Source: an uncultured Aquimarina sp.
Lineage (GTDB): Bacteria > Bacteroidota > Bacteroidia > Flavobacteriales > Flavobacteriaceae
Length of the DNA stretch: 64,000 nt
Assembly (NCBI GenBank): GCA_947503835.1
Contig: CANNFM010000024.1
Coordinates: forward strand, 2,787-66,786
Direction of reading: 5' to 3'
A program made the translations under genes and the position numbers. This document shows, in pieces, positions 56,666 through 64,000 of the stretch. The notes beneath the pieces are model-generated. The model did no database searches, had not been told where the DNA came from, and worked only from the letters and a program-made list of their open reading frames with translations. Within the stretch, counting starts at the first letter, position 1, and every line of letters begins with the position of its first letter.

Positions 56666-59600
56666 ATGTCAGCAAAATCAAATTTAGATTTAGAAGCAAT
56701 AAAAGCCAACAAAAATATAATGGTAAGAACCTATTGGAAGAATAGGTTGGAAGGAATGGAATGGAATGATTTTTTTGATCATAAAATGCCTTCAGACATC
56801 ACTGAAGAAGGAATCCGGGGGACATATACACTGCGTAATAGTGATGAGAAATTATTTCAAAATTTGAACCGAATAGCTAGTACTTCTAAGGCAAAACATA
56901 TGCTATTACTAGCAGGGTTAGAAGTTTTGGCATACAAATACTCCTCTAAGAACGACATTTGCGTATTTACACCAACGTATGCCGAGAATAAAAACTCTGA
57001 AAAAGAACAATCAATAATTCCTGTTCGTATGAGCGATTTTGGGAATAAAACATTTCCAGAATTTTTAATGGCTTTAAAGGATAACTTAGTGAATGACTTT
57101 ACTTATGGTAATTATCCAGTAGATCGGATTTTACAAAAGGAGAGTGATGAAATAAAAGACATGCCTACTGTAGGAATGTTAGTTCAGGGAATTCAGGATG
57201 AAAATCTACTTAATGCTCTTCTGCCTGATCTCGTATTCAAGTTTGAATTGAACGATACTTTAGTATTAACATTAGAGTATAATAGCAGTAAGTATAATGA
57301 AGTATATATCAAAGGGATAGCTGAACATTATTTTCATCTTCTTTCAGAACTTTTTGCAAATAAAGAAAAGCCAATCAATACAATCGAATTGATTTCTTCT
57401 AATGATAAATTGATGATTTTAGAAGAGTTTAATAATACCAAAACACCCTATCCAGCAGACAAAACAATGCTCGACTTTTTTGCAATACAGACTCAAAATA
57501 ATCCCGATAATATTGCAATTCAAATAAATGATAAATATTTGACGTATAAAGAGCTTGACGAAAAATCAAATCAAGTTGCAAATTTTATAAGTGAAAAATA
57601 CGTAGAAAAAGGAAATGTCTTTGGCGTACAAATGGAGCGTTCATTAGGGCTGATGATTACAATTTTCGGAGTTCTAAAATCGGGAAATATTTACCTGCCT
57701 CTTTCTGAAAGTCATCCGATCGATAGAATTCAATATGCTTTAGAAAACAGTCAGGCAAAAGCTCTTTTTACAAAACCAGAACATTTTGAGAATTTTAATG
57801 ACAAAATTGATTGTTTAAATCCTGTAGAGGCAAAGAAGTGTTCAAATGTATATGAAAACCGTGCTTTACCAGATGATATAGCCTATATTATATACACCTC
57901 AGGTTCTACAGGAAGACCTAAAGGAGTATTAATTAAGCATACTTCTTTAGTCAATAGATTGAACTGGATGCAAAACCAGTATCAATTAAACGAAAATGAT
58001 GTAATTCTTCAAAAAACACCAATAGTTTTTGATGTATCTGTATGGGAGTTATTTTGGTGGTCTATGTGCGGTGCAAAATTGGTTTTAGCGGATCCTGGAG
58101 CTGAAAAAGAACCACAAAAAATTTGTGCAATTATTGAAAAACAGAAAGTTACCACATTGCATTTTGTTCCTTCAATGTTAAATGCATTACTGTCATATTT
58201 ATCAAAAAATGAAGATGAATATACTTTACAAAGCATAAAAAATCTTTTTACCAGTGGAGAAGAACTTAAGGTAAATGATGCTATAGGCTTTTTAGATTAC
58301 TGTCCAAATGCGCAATTACACAACCTGTATGGTCCAACAGAGGCCACTATTGATGTGTCATACCATCAAGTGTCTAGAACTACAAACTACCGCTCAATCC
58401 CGATTGGAAGACCTATTGATAATACACAACTATTTATACTTAATAAAGAGTTACAACATCAACCTATAGGTATTCCAGGAGAGTTGTTCATAGGAGGAGT
58501 AAATCTTTCTCCAGGATATTGCAATCAACCCGAATTGACAAAAGAAAGATTCATAGAAAACCCGTTTGATCAACAATCAATACTGTACAAAACAGGTGAT
58601 TTGGCCAGGTGGCTCCCTAGTGGGGAAATAGAATTTTTAGGAAGAATTGACAATCAGGTCAAAATTAGAGGAAACAGAATTGAGTTAGGAGAAATAGAAT
58701 TAGCTGTTCAATCATGCAAAGGAGTAAACAGCACAGTAGTTTTAACAAAAGAAGGTCAAAGTGGATTACAGTTAATAGGATATGTTGTTACAAATCAAGA
58801 ATACTCAGAAGATCACCTAAGAGAGGTGCTGGCATCTAAATTGCCAGAGTATATGATTCCTTCGTATTTTATTACTATTGATCAAGTTCCGGTTACTATA
58901 AACGGTAAAGTAGATAGGAAAGCATTGTTATCTCTAAAAGTGCAAAGTGAGAATAAGTATGTTGCTCCAAGAACAGATTTAGAAAAGAAGTTAGAAGGTC
59001 ATTGGAAACAAATACTGGGACTCGAAAAAATTGGTATTCATGACAACTTTTTTAGAACAGGAGGGGATTCTATACTTGCTATCCGATTAATTGGAGCATT
59101 AAATAGTGAATTGTCTGTTACCATAGCAATGGTAGATCTCTATGAGAATGACACCATTGAAAAAATGGCTTTATTTATCGAATCTAGTGGTACATCTAAT
59201 ACTTCAGAGTTATATGAGGATGTCATTAAAGAAGTAGAGAATTTTGGAGAAACATACTTAAAAACATATCCAAACGAACAGATTCAAACTGTCTTTCCGA
59301 TGAGTGATATCGAGATGGCAATGTGCTTTATTCATAAATCGAGACCCAATGATATATTGTACTTCGAACAGTTGATGCAACCGGTATTTTATAAAGATCT
59401 CGATCTCGAAATATTACAAAAAGCTCTCGACCTTATGGTGGATAAGCATGAGATTTTGAGAACGGGTTTTAATATGGAAAGATTTGCACATATTGTATAC
59501 AAAGAAGTAGACACCGCAATTCAATTCTATGACTACAGTGAGTATTCAAAAGAAGAACAAAATCAGAAGATTAATGAAGATTTAGAAAGAAGCAGACCAG

Positions 59601-62600
59601 ACCATTTTGATCTTAATGCAGAAAAACTTTGGAGAATTATTATTTATAAAATAGGAAAGGATCATCATGAAATCTTATTTGAATACCACCATGCCATTAT
59701 AGATGGTTGGAGTTTTGCTTCTTTATTAACCGAATGGAATAATACGTATGTTCAATTATTGAAGACAAAAGTTGAAACATTACCTAAACTCAAAGCAACT
59801 TTTAAAGATTATATCGTACAAGAGCTTTTCAACAAAAAGAATGAAGAAACACGAAATTTCTGGAAAGAGGAACTAAAAGGGTATAAAAGACTAAAACTCA
59901 ATTCTGATATAGAATCAAGAGTGTTTAGATCTGTTAGAGATATTTATCCTCAACAATTATTGAAAGATTTAGAAAAGGCTGCTCAATTAGGAAATACAAC
60001 GGTCAAAAACATGTTGCTTTCGGCCTACTTGTATGCTATGAAAATACTTTCAGGAGAAAATGATCTTCTTGTTGGTTTAGTAACGTTTACAAGGCCGTTA
60101 AAACCAGATGGAGAAAAAGTTTTGGGATGTTTCTTAAATACAATTCCTCTAAGAGTTCAGATACCAGAGGCATTAACATGGAGCGATTACATCTCTATAA
60201 TTGATAAAAAGGTTTTAGAAGTTAAAAAATATGAACACCTTTCCTTATTTGAAATTAACCAACTTGTAGGGGGGAGTAATGAAGGTAATCCGCTATTTGA
60301 TACTTTCTTTAACTATATTAACTGGCATGTTAAAGATGAAATGTTGTTTGAAAAATTTAGTAATGAAGAAAGTAATAGAATTGAGTTTGATACTTTTTTA
60401 AGAGGAAATACATTTTTCGATGCGAATTATGATGTTACCAATGACAGGATCATTTGTATGCATGAATATTCTTCTCCTTTTATGACTAAAGAGATGTATG
60501 ATCTTTATAATGATATATTTTTGAATGTATTATCAAGGATGGTAGAATCTCCTCAAGAAACGATCAATCCACAAGACTTTTTATGGAAACCAATGAATCA
60601 TCTCATAGAAGAAAAAATAAATGATTATACTCAGGAAAATTTACGCTCAGAAAAACAAATTCCGGCCTCATATCGTCAGCAAAAACAATGGTCAGATATA
60701 GTTGAGAAAAAACAAAATGATGTTCCTTCGAATATTACTTCGGTAATTGATTTTAAAGAGGTTGTAGAAGTTGATTTGCTCAAAAAAAGTGTTCAAGAAG
60801 TAGCAAATACTCATGAGGCGCTTAGATGCCAATTAGTTTTTAAGGAAGAAAAATTGTGCCAGAATATTGTAAGTAGCTATCCTGATATAATTGAAACTTT
60901 AATTGTTGAAAATGAGCAAGATGTCTTAGAGCTAGTTAATTCAGTCTCTCATGAATCTATTAATTTAAATGAACTGCTTTTTAAAGTAAAAGTAGTACAA
61001 ACCAAGAATGGTACCCATAAGCTACTGCTGTGTATGCACAACACAATTGTTGATTCTTTTTCAATACAAAAAATTGTTGAAGAAATAGTTGAAACATATA
61101 AGGCACTAGTCAATAAAGAAAACCGGGTGCTCAATATTCCCCCTGTAAACTATTCTGGTTTTATTTCTTGGGAGAAAGAGGTATTGATGAAGTTATATCC
61201 GAAAATGATAGAATTTTGGAAGGACCAATTAAAAGAAGATATTGAACCAGTACAATTACCTAAAGTACTTTCAAAAGATAATCAGGAGACTTATACTCCT
61301 AGTACGGTAAATGTAAATATTCCAGAAGTAACGTTAAAAAAACTGTTCGATTATGCATTTGCAAATGATGTAAGTACAAATACAATATTTATGGCAGCCT
61401 TTAAAGTATTGCTACATAAATACGGTCACCAGCAAAATATAACGATAGGAGCTATTGAAAAAAACAGAAATTATAAAGCTTTAAAGCATATAGTTGGAGG
61501 CATGGATAATATCATGGCTGTACAAAGTGATATATCTAAGGAAAAAACATTTAGCACATATTTACCTGAGCTCGAAGCGGTATATGAAAAAGGACTTGAT
61601 CATTTAGCTATACCATTTGAAAAACTGATGGCAGAGCTTAACATGAGAAATCAAGTAGCCAACGATATTCCTCAATTAAACGTTTTATATCAATTTGAAG
61701 AAGAAAAAACGGAGGTAACTACAATTCTTGGAGACTCAGAATACACATGGTCACACAACTATTTGGCGAGTCAATCGTCTGATATTAGTTTATGGTTAAA
61801 AAAGAAGGAGAATTGCGTTAACGGAAAACTTGTTTTTGATTCTAGATATTTTGATAATGAGTTTATGGAATCCTTTGTAGTTCATTATGCTCATATACTA
61901 AATGAATTGATTAACAATCCAGACACTAAACTTTCTGAGATAGACATTTTATCTGATAAAGAAAAGGGTCAGCTTTTAGAAGGTTTTAATGCTACAGATG
62001 TTGAGTTTACAAAGTGTAACTCTGTATTAGAGCTATTTGAAGCCCAAGTTTCGAAGACACCAGATGCTCTGGCAGTTATCCATAAAGACACTACGTTGAC
62101 CTACCAGGAGCTTGATAAGCAAGTACGTCAAATGAGTTCATATTTATTGACAAAAAAGAATGTTGAGTTAGAAGAGCGAGTAGGTATTATGTTGGATCGC
62201 GAATCCTTTTTGATTCCTACGATATATGGTGTTTTAAAGTCAGGATGTGCTTATGTTCCTATTGATCCAAAATTACCCTTTGCCAGAGTTAAAGCTATTT
62301 TAGAAGATGCTGGGATCCGTGTTTTAGTAACACGAGGAGAATATTTGACCGAAACCGTATTAAATGAGGAGATTGAAGTTGTTGATCTAAATAAAGAAGT
62401 TACCGCTATTAGTCAGATGTCTGTTTTAGATAGCTATCCTAATGTATCTTCAGACAACTTAGCGTATATTATCTATACTTCAGGTTCTACGGGTACTCCC
62501 AAAGGAGTTATGATAGAACATGGCTCTTTATTGAATACGATTCAGAGTATGGATAGCCTATATCCATTAACTTCAGATGATGTGTATATGTTTAAGACGA

Positions 62601-63838
62601 CTCATTCTTTTGATGTTTCTGTGGCAGAGTTGTTTGGCTGGTTTCATTCTGGTGGTAAACTGTGCATCCTACCCGCAGGCGCTTCGGGGAATGCAGATAA
62701 AATTATAGAAGAGATTCACCGCAATCAAGTTACCCATATCAGTTTTGTGCCTTCGATGTTTTCCATTTTTGTAGAAGGTCTAAAGAGCACTGGCGTGGAT
62801 AAGCTATCGAGTTTAAAATATATTTTCTTGGCAGGAGAGGCTCTGCCGAGTGATTTGATATCAGATTTTAATGCTCTTAATACGGATATTGTTTTAGAAA
62901 ACATTTATGGACCCACAGAAGCCACTATTTATTGTAGTAGATATGCTACACAAGATTGGCAGGGACAATCCAGAGTCCCTATAGGCAAGCCATTGAGTAA
63001 TATGAAGCTATTTATACTGGATTCAAATTCTAAGGTTGTACCTGTAGGAGTAGCAGGGGAGTTGTGTGTAGGAGGAGATAGTTTAGCTAGAGGATATATG
63101 AATAATGATGCGCTTACTACCTCAAAGTTTGTCACCTTAGAATCTTTACATAATACACGAGTATACAAGACCGGTGATTTGGCGCGTTGGTTACCAGATG
63201 GGAATATTGAATATTTGGGACGAATCGATGATCAGGTAAAAATTAGAGGATTTAGAATAGAGTTAGAAGAAATATCAAATTGTTTAAATCGCTATGATCA
63301 GATTGGTAAAAGCATTGTAGTTGTCAAGGAGAAAGGCGGAGATAAATTTATAGTTGCCTATTATACTTCAGAAGCAGAGATTGCCAAGGCAGATTTAAAA
63401 GAGTTTCTCTCGGATCATCTTCCTGACTATATGCTACCTACTTTTTATGTTCATCTAACAGCACTTCCTTTAAACTCAAGTGGTAAAATAGATAGAAAGA
63501 ACTTGCCAGAACCCAAAATAGGAAAGGAGAATGAGTTTGTAGCATCCACTACTGCAACAGAAAAAATATTGGAAGAAATATGGTCTCAAGTACTTGGTTT
63601 ATCAGTTAATTCAATAGGAATCAGCAGGAACTTTTTCGAATTAGGAGGACATTCTTTAAAGGCAATGATTTTGATTAATAAAATCGCTAAAGAGTTTGAT
63701 ATGGTATTTCCATTAGAAAAGGTGTTTGAAAAACCTACCATTAGAGAACAAGCAGAATTTATTGACATCAATCAATGGTTATTAAATAGTCACACAGCAA
63801 ACGTGCCGTTAGAAACGGTTCAAGAAGTTATCATATAG
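56666..63838 (+). CDS. NRPS: partial C (C-terminal subdomain only) - A(Ser-type) - T - C - C*(degenerate motif) - A(unassigned) - T
   Basis: The N-terminal ~240 aa resemble the acceptor-side half of a C domain (YWKNRLEG..., ...IIPVRMS...) with no HHxxxDG. A1: YTSGSTGRPKGV, FDVSVWE, NLYGPTEATIDVS, code D-V-W-H-F-S-L-I-D-K (Ser). T: FFRTGGDSILAI. C: YHHAIIDGWS (about 59685). C*: CMHNTIVDSFS (61031-61060). A2: YTSGSTGTPKGV, FDVSVAE, NIYGPTEATIYC, code D-V-A-S-F-A-I-I-Y-K (unassigned). T: FFELGGHSLKAM. No TE or R domain is present. Confidence 0.95.
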   Translation: MSAKSNLDLEAIKANKNIMVRTYWKNRLEGMEWNDFFDHKMPSDITEEGIRGTYTLRNSDEKLFQNLNRIASTSKAKHMLLLAGLEVLAYKYSSKNDICVFTPTYAENKNSEKEQSIIPVRMSDFGNKTFPEFLMALKDNLVNDFTYGNYPVDRILQKESDEIKDMPTVGMLVQGIQDENLLNALLPDLVFKFELNDTLVLTLEYNSSKYNEVYIKGIAEHYFHLLSELFANKEKPINTIELISSNDKLMILEEFNNTKTPYPADKTMLDFFAIQTQNNPDNIAIQINDKYLTYKELDEKSNQVANFISEKYVEKGNVFGVQMERSLGLMITIFGVLKSGNIYLPLSESHPIDRIQYALENSQAKALFTKPEHFENFNDKIDCLNPVEAKKCSNVYENRALPDDIAYIIYTSGSTGRPKGVLIKHTSLVNRLNWMQNQYQLNENDVILQKTPIVFDVSVWELFWWSMCGAKLVLADPGAEKEPQKICAIIEKQKVTTLHFVPSMLNALLSYLSKNEDEYTLQSIKNLFTSGEELKVNDAIGFLDYCPNAQLHNLYGPTEATIDVSYHQVSRTTNYRSIPIGRPIDNTQLFILNKELQHQPIGIPGELFIGGVNLSPGYCNQPELTKERFIENPFDQQSILYKTGDLARWLPSGEIEFLGRIDNQVKIRGNRIELGEIELAVQSCKGVNSTVVLTKEGQSGLQLIGYVVTNQEYSEDHLREVLASKLPEYMIPSYFITIDQVPVTINGKVDRKALLSLKVQSENKYVAPRTDLEKKLEGHWKQILGLEKIGIHDNFFRTGGDSILAIRLIGALNSELSVTIAMVDLYENDTIEKMALFIESSGTSNTSELYEDVIKEVENFGETYLKTYPNEQIQTVFPMSDIEMAMCFIHKSRPNDILYFEQLMQPVFYKDLDLEILQKALDLMVDKHEILRTGFNMERFAHIVYKEVDTAIQFYDYSEYSKEEQNQKINEDLERSRPDHFDLNAEKLWRIIIYKIGKDHHEILFEYHHAIIDGWSFASLLTEWNNTYVQLLKTKVETLPKLKATFKDYIVQELFNKKNEETRNFWKEELKGYKRLKLNSDIESRVFRSVRDIYPQQLLKDLEKAAQLGNTTVKNMLLSAYLYAMKILSGENDLLVGLVTFTRPLKPDGEKVLGCFLNTIPLRVQIPEALTWSDYISIIDKKVLEVKKYEHLSLFEINQLVGGSNEGNPLFDTFFNYINWHVKDEMLFEKFSNEESNRIEFDTFLRGNTFFDANYDVTNDRIICMHEYSSPFMTKEMYDLYNDIFLNVLSRMVESPQETINPQDFLWKPMNHLIEEKINDYTQENLRSEKQIPASYRQQKQWSDIVEKKQNDVPSNITSVIDFKEVVEVDLLKKSVQEVANTHEALRCQLVFKEEKLCQNIVSSYPDIIETLIVENEQDVLELVNSVSHESINLNELLFKVKVVQTKNGTHKLLLCMHNTIVDSFSIQKIVEEIVETYKALVNKENRVLNIPPVNYSGFISWEKEVLMKLYPKMIEFWKDQLKEDIEPVQLPKVLSKDNQETYTPSTVNVNIPEVTLKKLFDYAFANDVSTNTIFMAAFKVLLHKYGHQQNITIGAIEKNRNYKALKHIVGGMDNIMAVQSDISKEKTFSTYLPELEAVYEKGLDHLAIPFEKLMAELNMRNQVANDIPQLNVLYQFEEEKTEVTTILGDSEYTWSHNYLASQSSDISLWLKKKENCVNGKLVFDSRYFDNEFMESFVVHYAHILNELINNPDTKLSEIDILSDKEKGQLLEGFNATDVEFTKCNSVLELFEAQVSKTPDALAVIHKDTTLTYQELDKQVRQMSSYLLTKKNVELEERVGIMLDRESFLIPTIYGVLKSGCAYVPIDPKLPFARVKAILEDAGIRVLVTRGEYLTETVLNEEIEVVDLNKEVTAISQMSVLDSYPNVSSDNLAYIIYTSGSTGTPKGVMIEHGSLLNTIQSMDSLYPLTSDDVYMFKTTHSFDVSVAELFGWFHSGGKLCILPAGASGNADKIIEEIHRNQVTHISFVPSMFSIFVEGLKSTGVDKLSSLKYIFLAGEALPSDLISDFNALNTDIVLENIYGPTEATIYCSRYATQDWQGQSRVPIGKPLSNMKLFILDSNSKVVPVGVAGELCVGGDSLARGYMNNDALTTSKFVTLESLHNTRVYKTGDLARWLPDGNIEYLGRIDDQVKIRGFRIELEEISNCLNRYDQIGKSIVVVKEKGGDKFIVAYYTSEAEIAKADLKEFLSDHLPDYMLPTFYVHLTALPLNSSGKIDRKNLPEPKIGKENEFVASTTATEKILEEIWSQVLGLSVNSIGISRNFFELGGHSLKAMILINKIAKEFDMVFPLEKVFEKPTIREQAEFIDINQWLLNSHTANVPLETVQEVII

Positions 63839-63895
63839 ATAATTTGAAGTGAAAAAGCATTTATTATAATATCTACAACGCAAAACCTAAAGAAT

Positions 63896-63922
63896 ATATA
63901 CAATAGTATATTGCCTTTTTTT
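63896..63922 (+). terminator. Weak candidate intrinsic terminator after the last NRPS gene
   Basis: The stem is atatac/gtatat (6 bp, AT-rich) with loop aata, then tgcc and a run of seven T (63916-63922). It lies about 60 nt after the stop at 63838. Confidence 0.3.
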
Positions 63923-64000
63923 ATCACGTTTTTTTAGTCATTATTTCGAACTAGTATTAAACTGGTGAGAACAAAAAAACCAATTTCGAGAATTATACCA

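Noticed and set aside
582-63771. About 35 short ORFs (60-127 aa) in the supplied track that lie inside the large genes, antisense or out of frame (for example 582-854 +, 3944-4207 +, 7618-7902 -, 16571-16909 -, 27219-27554 -, 54318-54701 -).
   Set aside because: All are fully embedded in long ORFs with clear domain content. Their low-complexity, hydrophobic or odd composition is typical of shadow frames in AT-rich DNA, and I recognised no motifs. They are not reported as genes.
1-64000. A scan for tRNA, rRNA, CRISPR arrays, IS elements or transposases, integrases, a ClbP-type S12 peptidase, an MbtH-like protein, a PPTase and ABC or MFS exporters.
   Set aside because: I found none: no regularly spaced direct repeats, no cloverleaf-like GC-rich segments and no ORFs with matching motifs. 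Their absence is noted but cannot be extended beyond the window.

Overview
This is an AT-rich accessory locus that looks Bacteroidota/Flavobacteriia-like: no Shine-Dalgarno signals, TAnnTTTG-type -7 boxes, a GG-leader peptide and a UpxY-like NusG paralogue. All domain calls were made by eye from signature motifs; no HMM or BLAST search was possible.

Left end, minus strand (1-5.3 kb): a small RiPP module.
- A split LanB-type lanthipeptide dehydratase: glutamylation half at 2970-5276, elimination half at 2120-2995, overlapping by 26 nt.
- A membrane-anchored TPR + AraC-family regulator (353-2101).
- A 49-aa double-glycine-leader precursor peptide (53-202) that is too short for the supplied ORF track. 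I found it by hand translation.
- No LanC cyclase, leader protease or transporter lies in the window.

Rest of the window, plus strand (5.8-63.8 kb): a 560-bp intergenic region separates the RiPP module from one co-directional block of about 58 kb and 12 genes. It opens with a NusG/UpxY-like antiterminator and encodes a hybrid NRPS-PKS lipopeptide assembly line. In gene order:
- relic A-subdomain-T-C*
- FAAL-ACP-C-A(Asn)-T-E
- TauD/SyrP-like hydroxylase
- signal-peptide-bearing D-aminoacylase-like amidohydrolase
- C-A(Asn)-T-E-C-A(Thr-like)-T
- KS-AT-KR-ACP-C-A-T-E-C
- A(Asn)-T-C-A(Gly, interrupted by a luciferase-like monooxygenase)-T
- KS-AT-KR-ACP-C-A(Asn)-T-C
- AsnB-type amidotransferase
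- A-T-C
- half-C-A(Ser)-T-C-C*-A-T

No TE, reductase or other release domain, PPTase, MbtH or transporter is visible, so the cluster probably continues outside the window.

Most interesting points:
1. The hidden precursor peptide with a split LanB.
2. An N-acyl-D-Asn-forming initiation module next to a secreted D-aminoacylase-like hydrolase, a possible non-ClbP prodrug or deacylation step.
3. A Gly module with an inserted monooxygenase placed mid-line, directly before a KS.
4. Systematic splitting of modules at the C|A junction.
5. A conserved motif (perfect palindrome at 285-320, second copy at 5424-5443) upstream of both the precursor gene and the NusG-NRPS operon. This suggests the RiPP and NRPS-PKS halves are co-regulated.

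No rRNA, tRNA, CRISPR array or transposase was seen.
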